A DNA stretch of 28,029 bases from assembly GCA_026710225.1 (NCBI GenBank), contig JAPORI010000261.1, positions 3,109 to 31,137 on the forward strand, in the 5' to 3' direction. The position numbers were made by a program, and so were the translations under genes. This DNA comes from Betaproteobacteria bacterium. GTDB taxonomy: Bacteria > Pseudomonadota > Gammaproteobacteria > Tethybacterales > Tethybacteraceae. Positions within the stretch are counted from its first letter, which is position 1. Each line of letters begins with the position of its first letter. Below are positions 8,720 through 17,140 of the stretch, piece by piece. Below the pieces are notes generated by a model, which saw only the letters and a list, made by a program, of their open reading frames with translations, searched no databases and was not told the DNA's origin.

Positions 8720-9661
8720 CTAGTGGTTTTCGATCAGGTCCATGCCCTGGTAAAGCGATGCGACTTCTTCCTCGTAGCCGTTGAACATGTCGGTGGTGCG
8801 CTTGTCGGCAAAGAAGCCGCTGCCGATGGCGCGCTCCTCCTTTTGCGACCAGCGCGGATGATCGCGCTCCGGATTTACATTCGAGTAGAAGCCGTATTCA
8901 TGCGGCGCCTGCTTGTTCCAGGAAGTCGGCGGTTGCTCGGCGACGAAGTCGATCGCAACCAGCGCCTTGATGCTCTTGTATCCGTACTTCCAGGGCACGA
9001 TGATGCGCAGCGGCGCCCCGTTCTGGTTGAGCAACTCTTCCCCGTACATCCCGAAGGTAAGCAGGGTCAGATCGTGGCGCGCCTCATCCATGCGCAGTCC
9101 CTCGACATAGGGCCAGGGCAGCGATGTGTTGATTTCATCGGGAAACAACTTGAGGGGATGGAAGGTCTGAAAGGCGACATATTTCGCATCGCCGGAAGGC
9201 TGCACCCGATCAATCAGGCTGTTGAGTGGAAAGCCAAACCAGGGAATCACCATCGACCAGGCCTCGACGCAGCGCAGCCGATAGACCCGCTCTTGCATGT
9301 CGCCCCAGCCAATCAGCTCGTCAACATCGTATTCACCCGGTTTTTCAACCAGACCGCCGATCTTTACTTTCCACGGCTTGGAGTCGTAGAAATGCTTGTT
9401 TTCGGCCGGCTCCTCCTTCTTGTTGCCCAACTCGTAGAAATTGTTGTAGGTGATCGCCTTGCGCTTGGGAGTGTGCTCGTCTGCAAGGCTGCCCGGCCAG
9501 GGCGCGCCGGCAAGGGGGGCGGGGGAAGTGGTCGCGCCTTGCGCGAAAGGCGCGGCAACCAGGCCGGCCATTCCAGCAATAATCTCGCGGCGCGAGCAAT
9601 AGGCCTGTCGGCTGGTTATTTCGCTCGGCTTGATGCGACTGTCGCCTTTCTTGACCAGCAT
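8720..9661 (-). CDS. msrP: Protein-methionine-sulfoxide reductase catalytic subunit MsrP (Mo-pterin, Tat-exported)
   Basis: SEIT...SRREIIAG twin-arginine signal, YNNFYELG, RLRCVEAWSM (Mo-ligating Cys), YVEGLRMDEA, NGAPLRIIVPWKYGYKSIK, YGFYSNVNP, HPRWSQ. Confidence 0.97.
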   Translation of the reverse strand: MLVKKGDSRIKPSEITSRQAYCSRREIIAGMAGLVAAPFAQGATTSPAPLAGAPWPGSLADEHTPKRKAITYNNFYELGNKKEEPAENKHFYDSKPWKVKIGGLVEKPGEYDVDELIGWGDMQERVYRLRCVEAWSMVIPWFGFPLNSLIDRVQPSGDAKYVAFQTFHPLKLFPDEINTSLPWPYVEGLRMDEARHDLTLLTFGMYGEELLNQNGAPLRIIVPWKYGYKSIKALVAIDFVAEQPPTSWNKQAPHEYGFYSNVNPERDHPRWSQKEERAIGSGFFADKRTTDMFNGYEEEVASLYQGMDLIENH

Positions 9662-9675
9662 GGTTGTCTTGGCCG

Positions 9676-10989
9676 CTAGTAGCGGTAGGAGTCCTTCTTG
9701 TAGGGACCGTCGGCATCTATCATCAGGTACTTTTCCTGATCGGCGGTGAGCCGGGTGAGCTGGATGCCGATGTGCTCAAGATGCAGGCGGGCCACCTTTT
9801 CGTCAAGATGCTTGGGCAGCACCCGCAGCCCGGGCTTGAGCTGCTTGCGGTTCTGCCACATGTCGATCTGGGCGAGCACCTGATTGGCAAACGAGCAACT
9901 CATCACGAAACTCGGATGGCCGTCGCCGCAGCCCAGGTTAACCAGTCGGCCCTCGGCGAGCAGGATGATCCGTCGTCCATCGGCGAACTCGACCTCGTCT
10001 ACCTGCGGCTTGACGTTGTGGAAAGTGCACTTGTCTTGCAAGGATGCAACGTCAATCTCATTGTCGAAGTGGCCGATGTTGCACACCACCGCTCCGGCGC
10101 GCATCTTTGCCATGATCTCGTAGGTAACCACGTCGCAGTTGCCGGTTGCGGTTACCACCAGATGGACATCGCCGGCAACGTCGGCCAGTTTCACCACCCG
10201 GTATCCCTCCATCGCCGCCTGCAAGGCGCAGATCGGGTCGATTTCGGTGACCAGGACCGTGGCGCCGGCGCCGCGCAAGGCTGCGGCGCAGCCCTTGCCG
10301 ACATCGCCGAAGCCGCAGACCACTGCAACCTTGCCGGCGATCATCAAGTCGGTGCCGCGCTTGATGCCGTCAAGCAGCGATTCGCGACAGCCGTAGAAGT
10401 TGTCGAACTTGGACTTGGTAACCGAGTCGTTGACGTTGTATGCGGCTACCGGCAACTTGCCGTTGCGCTCGAGTTCTTCGAGACGATGAACGCCGGTGGT
10501 GGTCTCCTCGCTCAGGCCAACCACATGCTCAATCACTTCCGGCCGTTGCAGCGCCAGCGCGGTCAGGTCGCCGCCGTCATCAAGCAGCAGATTGGGACGC
10601 CACCCGCCGGGGCCGACCACCGTTGCCTCGATGCACTCGACGTATTCTTCCTCGCTTTCGCCTTTCCAGGCGAATACCGGGATGCCGGCCGCAGCCATCG
10701 CAGCAGCAGCTTGATCCTGGGTCGAAAAGATGTTGCATGAACTCCAGCGAATTTCGGCTCCCAACTCGACCAGAGTCTCGATGAGCACTGCGGTTTCCAC
10801 CGTCATGTGCAGGCAGCCGGCGATCCGGGCACCGGCCAGCGGCTGCTGGTCGCGGTATTCGGCGCGCAAGGCGGTCAGAGCCGGCATCTCTCGCTCGGCA
10901 ACGGATATTTCGCGTCTGCCCCAGTCGGCCAAGGAGATGTCCTTGATCCGATAGTCGCTGAATTCTTCTTTTACGGCGGCAATGCTCAT
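9676..10989 (-). CDS. ahcY: Adenosylhomocysteinase (short, insertion-less type)
   Basis: [99 protein letters not shown]; 437 aa. Confidence 0.98.
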   Translation of the reverse strand: MSIAAVKEEFSDYRIKDISLADWGRREISVAEREMPALTALRAEYRDQQPLAGARIAGCLHMTVETAVLIETLVELGAEIRWSSCNIFSTQDQAAAAMAAAGIPVFAWKGESEEEYVECIEATVVGPGGWRPNLLLDDGGDLTALALQRPEVIEHVVGLSEETTTGVHRLEELERNGKLPVAAYNVNDSVTKSKFDNFYGCRESLLDGIKRGTDLMIAGKVAVVCGFGDVGKGCAAALRGAGATVLVTEIDPICALQAAMEGYRVVKLADVAGDVHLVVTATGNCDVVTYEIMAKMRAGAVVCNIGHFDNEIDVASLQDKCTFHNVKPQVDEVEFADGRRIILLAEGRLVNLGCGDGHPSFVMSCSFANQVLAQIDMWQNRKQLKPGLRVLPKHLDEKVARLHLEHIGIQLTRLTADQEKYLMIDADGPYKKDSYRY

Positions 10990-11018
10990 TTGGTTTTGTC
11001 GGGTATATGCAGATGTTG

Positions 11019-11024
11019 ATTATA
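11019..11024 (-). promoter_or_regulatory. Candidate internal -10 hexamer (TATAAT) for ahcY
   Basis: Perfect TATAAT on the minus strand in the 46-bp metK-ahcY gap, 29 nt upstream of the ATG; no good -35. Confidence 0.4.
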
Positions 11025-11035
11025 AGCGCGGCGTT

Positions 11036-12247
11036 TCAGGCCTGCTTGAGTTCCTCGGCGGCGGCAGTAGATTCCCAGGGCAGTTCTATGTCGGTGCGCC
11101 CGAAGTGCCCGTAGGCGGCAGTCTGGCGGTAGATCGGCTGCCAGAGCGAAAACCGCTCGATGATTCCGGCCGGAGACAGATCGTATACGGCTCTGATCTT
11201 CTTCTCGATTAACTCGTTGTCGGTGCCGGCGGCGGCGGTGCCGAAGGTCTCGACCATGACGCTGACCGGTTGCGAAACGCCGATTGCATAGGACAGTTGC
11301 ACCAGACAGCGCTCGGCAGCACCGGCGGCGACAACGTTCTTGGCGATGTTGCGGGCTGCATAGGCAGCCGATCGATCGACCTTGGTCGGATCCTTGCCGG
11401 AAAACGCGCCGCCGCCGTGCGGGGCGGCTCCACCGTAGGTATCGACGATGATCTTGCGCCCGGTCAGACCGGCATCACCCAGCGGCCCTCCGATCAGGAA
11501 CTTGCCGGTCGGGTTTACCAGGATGTTGTCGCTTGTGCAATCCAGGCCGGAATGCTGGGCCAGCACCGGCTTGATGATCTCATCGATGACCAGCTGGCGG
11601 ATGCGCTCATCGTTGTCAACGACTTCTTTGCCGTCGATATCGGCGGCATGTTGGGTTGACAGGACGATCTTGTCAATGGCTGCCGGCTTGCCGTCGGCGT
11701 AGCGCACGGTAACCTGCGACTTGGCGTCCGGCCGCAATGCCGAACCGGCCGTGCTCTGACGGCGCACCTGCGCCTGACGGCGCACCAGATCGTGGGCGAT
11801 CATGATCGGTGCCGGCATCAGCGCGGCATCGCTTTCGCGGCAGGCGTAGCCGAACATCATGCCCTGATCACCGGCACCGAGCTGCTTGTCGGTGCCCGCA
11901 TCAATGCCCTGGCTGATGTCCTGCGACTGCGGGGAGATCGCGTTGATGCGCTGGGCGTTTTGCAAATCCATGCCGTCGGCTGCGTCCTGATAGCCGACTT
12001 CCCTAATCACCCGCTCGGCGATTTGCAGCGGATCGATGCTGATGCCGTCGGCCAGGCGCATTTCGCCGGCCAGCGCCAGCAACCGGTCCTTGAGCAAGGT
12101 TTCACAGGCGCAGCGCACCTGATGACGATCGGCGGCAGCAGTCTCGGTGAGGGCCGCGTCTAGAATCGCATCCGATATTTGATCGGCAAGTTTGTCCGGA
12201 TGCCCTTCGGACACCGACTCGGAAGTGAACTGGTATTCCCGGCTCAT
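11036..12247 (-). CDS. metK: S-adenosylmethionine synthetase
   Basis: FTSESVSEGHPDKLADQISDAILDA, GAGDQGMMFGYA, RPDAKSQVT, GGPLGDAGLTGRKIIVDTYGG, GGAFSGKDPTKVDRSAAY, YGHFGR. Confidence 0.98.
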   Translation of the reverse strand: MSREYQFTSESVSEGHPDKLADQISDAILDAALTETAAADRHQVRCACETLLKDRLLALAGEMRLADGISIDPLQIAERVIREVGYQDAADGMDLQNAQRINAISPQSQDISQGIDAGTDKQLGAGDQGMMFGYACRESDAALMPAPIMIAHDLVRRQAQVRRQSTAGSALRPDAKSQVTVRYADGKPAAIDKIVLSTQHAADIDGKEVVDNDERIRQLVIDEIIKPVLAQHSGLDCTSDNILVNPTGKFLIGGPLGDAGLTGRKIIVDTYGGAAPHGGGAFSGKDPTKVDRSAAYAARNIAKNVVAAGAAERCLVQLSYAIGVSQPVSVMVETFGTAAAGTDNELIEKKIRAVYDLSPAGIIERFSLWQPIYRQTAAYGHFGRTDIELPWESTAAAEELKQA

Positions 12248-12263
12248 GCCCGAGGCATCGAAA

Positions 12264-12281
12264 AATCAATCATCTTTGAAT
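12264..12281. promoter_or_regulatory. Imperfect palindrome aATCAA-N6-TTGAAt, candidate ArsR-family (SahR-like) operator of metK
   Basis: AATCAATCATCTTTGAAT lies between the candidate -10 (12293-12298) and the metK ATG (12247). Confidence 0.45.
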
Positions 12282-12292
12282 ACAAGGTTGGG

Positions 12293-12298
12293 ATTCTA
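12293..12298 (-). promoter_or_regulatory. Candidate -10 hexamer (TAGAAT) for metK
   Basis: TAGAAT on the minus strand 45 nt upstream of the metK ATG, embedded in an imperfect palindrome GTTGGGA-TTCTA-TCCGCAAC (12287-12306). Confidence 0.35.
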
Positions 12299-12359
12299 TC
12301 CGCAACTTCATTGACAGCCCTCTCTTGCATCGTCCGGAGTATGAATTCCGGTTGCAGCC

Positions 12360-12965
12360 GTGATTGATTTGTTGCCGGCGCTGGGGGTGTTTTTCGTCTC
12401 GGCGGCAACACCGGGACCGAACAATGCCCTGATGCTCAGCCTGGGGGTGATTTACGGCTGCGCGGCGCAGCGGTGGCTGATCGCCGGGGTGATGGCCGGC
12501 GTGGCGGGAGTGTTCATGCTCAGCAGCCTGGGTCTGGGCGCTCTGCTGCTGGCCGAACCGCTGCTTTTGAATCTGCTACGCGGAATCGGGGCGCTGATGC
12601 TGCTGTGGATCGCCTGGAAGATCTACACCGCTCCCCGTCCGGTTGCGGGTGCCAATCAGCCGCCGCCGGCCGGTTTTGTCTTCGGTTTTTCCCTGCAGTG
12701 GGTAAATCCCAAACTTTGGTCGGGAGTGCTGGCAATGATAACCCTGCTGCCGCAACCGGATTCGGGCAGCGAACTCGCCCGGCAGGCAGTTGCCGTATCT
12801 GTCGCCGGCGGCCTGATTACCGGCTTTTGCATGTCGATCTGGGCGCTGTTCGGCGGGTTGCTCGCCAGACTGGTCAAGACCGAAAGGACACATCGGGCCG
12901 TAAACGCGGCCAGTGCAATCTTGATGCTGATTTGCGTTGCAGTTGCATTTGCAGTTTCCAGTTGA
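12360..12965 (+). CDS. LysE/RhtB family amino-acid exporter (TPGPNN subgroup)
   Basis: 201 aa, 6 TMs; SAATPGPNNALMLSLG, LLRGIGALMLLWIAWKI, GFSLQWVNPKLW. GTG start. Confidence 0.92.
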   Translation: MIDLLPALGVFFVSAATPGPNNALMLSLGVIYGCAAQRWLIAGVMAGVAGVFMLSSLGLGALLLAEPLLLNLLRGIGALMLLWIAWKIYTAPRPVAGANQPPPAGFVFGFSLQWVNPKLWSGVLAMITLLPQPDSGSELARQAVAVSVAGGLITGFCMSIWALFGGLLARLVKTERTHRAVNAASAILMLICVAVAFAVSS

Positions 12966-12990
12966 GCTGGCAGCCGGTTGCTTTGCCAGC
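12966..12990. terminator. Hairpin between convergent lysE-like gene and msbA (possible bidirectional terminator)
   Basis: GCTGGCA...TGCCAGC 7-bp perfect stem begins right after the lysE stop; no strong U-tract on either strand. Confidence 0.35.
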
Positions 12991-13015
12991 GAATGTTGAT
13001 TTGCAATCAGCAACC

Positions 13016-14785
13016 CTAGCCTGCATCAGGCAACTGCTGGGCCTGATACATGGTTCGGTAGGAGACCGATTTCTCCATCAATTCGGCGTGCGTCCCGATA
13101 GTCGCAATCCGGCCCTGTTCCAGCATCACGATTCGATCGACGCTGCGGACGGTTGCGAAGCGATGAGCAATGATCAAGGCGGTGCGATTGCGCAGCAGGT
13201 TGTCGATTGCGCTGCGAATCTTCTCTTCGGTAATCGAGTCCAGCGCACTGGTTGCCTCATCGAGAATGAGGATCGGCGCATCCTTGTAAAAAGCGCGGGC
13301 GATTGACAGGCGCTGGCGCTCGCCACCGGAAAGGCGCGTCCCCCGCTCGCCGATTAAGGTGTCGGCGCCGTCGGCCAGGCGTGCAACCGCATCATCGATA
13401 TTTGCCGCAGCCAGCGCCTTGTCCAGACGGGCGCGGTCGATGTTGGCACCCCGGGCCGGATAGGCGACGTTTTCGGCAACACTTGCATCAAACAGCAGGA
13501 CTTCCTGGGTGACCAGCCCGATTGCCCGACGCAGGGACTCGAGGCGGTATTGCGCGATGCTGCGCCCGTCCAGGCTGATCTGCCCGCCATCCGGCTGATA
13601 AAGGCGCAACAGCAGGTGGGTGAGGGTGCTCTTGCCGCTGCCGGTTGCTCCGACCAGCGCGATTCTTTCGCCGGGTGCGATTGAAAAGCTTATCTGGTCG
13701 ACGGCCGGTCGGTTGCCGCGCGGATAACTGAAGGAGACGCCGGAAAATTCAAGCGCACCGGTGATTTGCGCCGGGACCAGATTGCCGTCATCGGCTTCGG
13801 CGATGTTGTCGATTACGCCAAAGACGCGGTCGGCCGCGACCAAGGCCTGCTGGTAGAACTCGGGTATCGACGACAGGCCGCGTATTGACAGGGGCAGCAT
13901 CCCGGTTGCAAACAGGAATGCTCCCAGTTGGCCCTCGGTGATTTCGCCGATCGCCAGTGCCCGGGCGAGCAGCCCCAATACCACTGCAATGCCCAGTGCC
14001 AGCACCATCTGGGCGGCAGGCCGGTTGAGGGCAAGCGCCGCTCCCAGCCTGATGCCAAAGCCGCGCAATCGGCCAATCTTTTCGTCGAGCAATTGAGTTT
14101 CCCGCTCGCGGCCGCCGAACGCCTTGACGATTTGCTGGCCCTGGATCGAATCGGCCAGCTGGGCGGTGAAGTCTCCTTCGGTTTTAGCCAACGATGTGCT
14201 GTGGTGGCGGATCTTCCTGCTGAAGTAGCGAATCGACAGCAATGTCACCGGCAGGGCGAGGAGGATTATCGCGGTCAGTTGCCAGTCGATTATCAGCATT
14301 GTGGTGATGAGCGCAACAAAGCGCATCAAATCAGTGGTCAGGGTAATCAGCAGTAAGGTGGACATGTTTGACATTCGTGACGCGTACAGCAGCACCCGCG
14401 AGATCAGCACCCCGGATGTTTCCTGGTCGTGATAGGACTGCGGCAGGTGAATAATCTTCGCAACCAGGGCGCGGCGGATGTCGGCGACCATGGTGTGCTC
14501 AAGCCAGTGCTGAATGTAGGTGCGGCCGAATCCAAACAGGCCGCGGGCGAAAAACACGACCAGGATTGCCGCCGGCAAGACATATACCAGCTGTTCGGGC
14601 GTAACCCATCCGGATACCTCGTCGGCGTCCAGCAGCAGATACATCAGCCAGGGTGCGGCCGCCTCGCTTGCTCCAAACAGCGCCGAGCACAGCAGTCCGA
14701 CCCCAAACACCGGCAGATGAGGACGCAGGTAACCCAGGATGCGCATGAAATCGCGCCGGCCGGCAGCCGGTTTTCGCTTGCTCAT
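13016..14785 (-). CDS. msbA: Lipid A export ABC transporter MsbA
   Basis: 6-TM ABC exporter TMD plus NBD: Walker A GATGSGKST, signature LSGGERQR, Walker B ILILDEATSALD, IAHR. Start moved to ATG 14785 (MSKRK), an ATGA overlap with the waaC stop. Adjacency to the heptosyltransferase supports MsbA. Confidence 0.85.
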   Translation of the reverse strand: MSKRKPAAGRRDFMRILGYLRPHLPVFGVGLLCSALFGASEAAAPWLMYLLLDADEVSGWVTPEQLVYVLPAAILVVFFARGLFGFGRTYIQHWLEHTMVADIRRALVAKIIHLPQSYHDQETSGVLISRVLLYASRMSNMSTLLLITLTTDLMRFVALITTMLIIDWQLTAIILLALPVTLLSIRYFSRKIRHHSTSLAKTEGDFTAQLADSIQGQQIVKAFGGRERETQLLDEKIGRLRGFGIRLGAALALNRPAAQMVLALGIAVVLGLLARALAIGEITEGQLGAFLFATGMLPLSIRGLSSIPEFYQQALVAADRVFGVIDNIAEADDGNLVPAQITGALEFSGVSFSYPRGNRPAVDQISFSIAPGERIALVGATGSGKSTLTHLLLRLYQPDGGQISLDGRSIAQYRLESLRRAIGLVTQEVLLFDASVAENVAYPARGANIDRARLDKALAAANIDDAVARLADGADTLIGERGTRLSGGERQRLSIARAFYKDAPILILDEATSALDSITEEKIRSAIDNLLRNRTALIIAHRFATVRSVDRIVMLEQGRIATIGTHAELMEKSVSYRTMYQAQQLPDAG

Positions 14786-15741
14786 TGTCGATCCGGCTTG
14801 GCAAGCAGGCTGTCGAATGTCGCGACTATCTGTTGGGCGTCGATGGCGCCGGCATTTTCCAACTGCTTGCAATTGCTGCCAAGGTTGCCGGTGCGCTTGG
14901 GATCGGTTGCGACATACAGGCCGAGACAGGGAAGTTGCAAGGCTGCCGCCAGATGGGTGAGGCCGGTGTCAAGGCCGATGGCACCGGTTGCGGCAGTCAT
15001 CTTTGCCGCCATTTCCTCCAGTGGCAGTCTTGCCAGTACCCGGCCACCGCCGGCAGCGGCGATCCGTTCAGCGCGCTGTCGTTCAACTTCGCTTCCCCAC
15101 GGCAGTTCCGGCTGCAGGCCGCGACTGAGTAGCATCTTGCCGATGGTGATCCATTTTTCCTCGGCGAGCAACTTGCGCTGCTGCGCAGTTGCATGCAGCA
15201 GCAGCACTGTATTGTCCGCGGTCTGGCCGGTGCGCTGATTTGGCAGGCCGTAGTCGGGCGTGTTTTCAGGCAGCTGATAGCCGAGCGTCATCGCGAACAG
15301 GCGGCGGATGCGCTCGATCATGTGCAATCCGGTCGATATGAAGTGCCGGCCGCCACCGTAGAAAAACGACGCAACCGGCTCGCGGGCACAGCGGCTGGAA
15401 AATCCGTGGCCGGGTCCGCGCGCGGCCGCCACTCCGAACACCGAACTTTTCACCAGGCCCTGGGCATCGATCACTGCGTCGTAGGTGCAGCTGCGCAACT
15501 CCTGCAGGTAGGTGCGCAACGCCGGCAGGGAATCGGAAAGCAGCATCCGGCGCCAGCGGCGCAGGGCAATCGGAATGGTTCGCTCCACGGCCGGGTGCCA
15601 GTCGGCGAGCAGCCGGTATTGCTCTTCTATCGCCCAGTCGATGGTGATGGTTTCCTTTAGCATCCGGCCGGCATCGGTTACCGCCGGCAGGGCGTGAATC
15701 ACGTCGCCCAGCGAGGAGAATTTCACCACCAGCACCCGCAT
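14782..15741 (-). CDS. waaC: Lipopolysaccharide heptosyltransferase I (GT9)
   Basis: MRVLVVKFSSLGDVIHALPAVTDA, IDWAIEE, WHPAVERTIPIALRRWR, YDAVIDAQGLVKS, REPVAS, IGLDTGLTHLAAA. Start moved to ATG 15741. Confidence 0.92.
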   Translation of the reverse strand: MRVLVVKFSSLGDVIHALPAVTDAGRMLKETITIDWAIEEQYRLLADWHPAVERTIPIALRRWRRMLLSDSLPALRTYLQELRSCTYDAVIDAQGLVKSSVFGVAAARGPGHGFSSRCAREPVASFFYGGGRHFISTGLHMIERIRRLFAMTLGYQLPENTPDYGLPNQRTGQTADNTVLLLHATAQQRKLLAEEKWITIGKMLLSRGLQPELPWGSEVERQRAERIAAAGGGRVLARLPLEEMAAKMTAATGAIGLDTGLTHLAAALQLPCLGLYVATDPKRTGNLGSNCKQLENAGAIDAQQIVATFDSLLAKPDRQ

Positions 15742-15760
15742 CGTCTTTTTGCAACTCTGT

Positions 15761-17113
15761 CTAGCTGCGGCCGGATCTGTCGTACTGCAGGGGCAGGCCG
15801 ATGCCGTCTTCGGCAAGTTCACCGCCGGAGACGGCCAGCCGGCCGGACACCCACACCGCCTCGATGCGGCCGGCCAGCTGCACCTGATCCAGCGGCGACC
15901 AGCCGCACTTGTAGTGGATATCCCGGTTGCTTACCGTAGTTTGCGCTTGCAAGTCGACGAGCACCAGATCGGCAAAGCAGCCCGGTCGGATGTGGCCGCG
16001 CTCTTTTATGTCGAACAGGGCGGCCGGATTGTGAGCGGCCAGCCGGGCGACGTCGGTCAGCTCGAGTACGCCGGCGCGCACCAGACTGAGCATCATCAGC
16101 AGCGAATGCTCGACCAAGGGCAGGCCGGCGGCTATGTCTTTATAGTTGCCCTGCTTTTCGGCAAGCAGGTGCGGAGCGTGATCGGTTGCCAGCACATCGA
16201 TTTGGCCGCCGGTCAGGGCAGCGCGCAGGGCGCGGCGATCGGCATCGGTCTTGATCGCCGGGTTGCACTTGATCAGGCCGCCGAGCCGGGCATAGTCCTG
16301 ATCACAGAACCACAGGTGGTGGACGCAGGCTTCGCCGGTGATCATCTTGTCGGCCAGGCTGCCGGTTGCGAACAAGTCGAGTTCCGCAGCCGTGGTCAGG
16401 TGCAGGATGTGCAGGCGCACCCGGTGTTTTTTCGCCAGCCGGATTGCCAGCCGGCTGGCGGCCAGGCAACTTTCGTGATCGCGGATTTGCGGGTGCAGGC
16501 TCATCGGCAACTGTTCACCGTGTTCGGCGATGTGCGCCGCCAGCCGGGTTCGGATGCGCTCGTCATCTTCGCAATGGGCGGCCAGCACCATGCCGGCTGG
16601 AATCGCTGCAAACACCTTTTCCAGCTTTTCCTCGTCGGCGACAAGCAGATCGCCGGTGCTTGATCCGAGAAAGACCTTGATCCCACAGGCCGGCATTTGT
16701 GCGGCGCGGCGCAACATCTGGCAGTTTTCACCGGTGGCACCCAGATAGAAGCCGTAGTTTGCGCATGAGGTCCTTGCCGCCTGCGCCAACTTGGAATCCA
16801 GTGCCTCGGCCGTGATGGTGGCCGGGCTGGTGTTGGGCATTTCCAGAAAGGAGGTAACCCCGCCGCGCACGGCTGCGGCGCTTTCACTGGCAATGGTTGC
16901 CTTGTGCTCGAGACCCGGCTCGCGGAAATGGACCTGATCATCGATCAGGCCGGGCAGCAGGTGCAGGCCGGCGCAGTCGATGGTTTTTGCACCGTTGGCG
17001 GCCAGATCGGTGCCTACCTGCTTGATCCGGCCCTCGGCGATCTTCACGTCCGCCTGCCGCTGTACTCCGTCGGAGACAACCTGAGCCCCTCTTAGCAGAT
17101 AACTTGCCGCCAT
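15761..17113 (-). CDS. pyrC: Dihydroorotase (long amidohydrolase type with DDQVHFREPG motif)
   Basis: PGLIDDQVHFREPGLEHK, GGVTSFLEMPNT, IKVFLGSSTG, AHCEDD, HILHLTT, EACVHHL, IKCNPAIK, ATDHAPH, KCGWSP. Confidence 0.88.
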   Translation of the reverse strand: MAASYLLRGAQVVSDGVQRQADVKIAEGRIKQVGTDLAANGAKTIDCAGLHLLPGLIDDQVHFREPGLEHKATIASESAAAVRGGVTSFLEMPNTSPATITAEALDSKLAQAARTSCANYGFYLGATGENCQMLRRAAQMPACGIKVFLGSSTGDLLVADEEKLEKVFAAIPAGMVLAAHCEDDERIRTRLAAHIAEHGEQLPMSLHPQIRDHESCLAASRLAIRLAKKHRVRLHILHLTTAAELDLFATGSLADKMITGEACVHHLWFCDQDYARLGGLIKCNPAIKTDADRRALRAALTGGQIDVLATDHAPHLLAEKQGNYKDIAAGLPLVEHSLLMMLSLVRAGVLELTDVARLAAHNPAALFDIKERGHIRPGCFADLVLVDLQAQTTVSNRDIHYKCGWSPLDQVQLAGRIEAVWVSGRLAVSGGELAEDGIGLPLQYDRSGRS

Positions 17114-17120
17114 TGGCGGA

Positions 17121-17130
17121 ATTGTAAAAT
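17121..17130. promoter_or_regulatory. Interlocked bidirectional -10 elements between pyrC and folD
   Basis: ATTGTAAAAT gives TACAAT on the minus strand (17126-17121, 7 nt before the pyrC ATG) and TAAAAT on the plus strand (17125-17130, 10 nt before folD ATG 17141). Confidence 0.55.
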
Positions 17131-17140
17131 GATTGCCGGA

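Noticed and set aside
10990-11035. SAH riboswitch upstream of ahcY, or SAM-II / SAM-SAH riboswitch upstream of metK (12248-12359)
   Set aside because: The 46-bp gap is too short and lacks the SAH aptamer consensus; the metK leader does not match the SAM-II core as I recall it. An Infernal/Rfam scan would be decisive.
12311-12316. Perfect TTGACA upstream of the lysE-like gene; likewise minus-strand TTGACA at 25331-25326
   Set aside because: No TAnnnT at a 16-19-bp spacing in either case.
12341-12367. 8-codon Cys-containing uORF (MNSGCSRD) overlapping the lysE-like start
   Set aside because: The GGAG is only 1 nt from its ATG, so it is not a usable SD, and such mini-ORFs arise by chance; no independent support.
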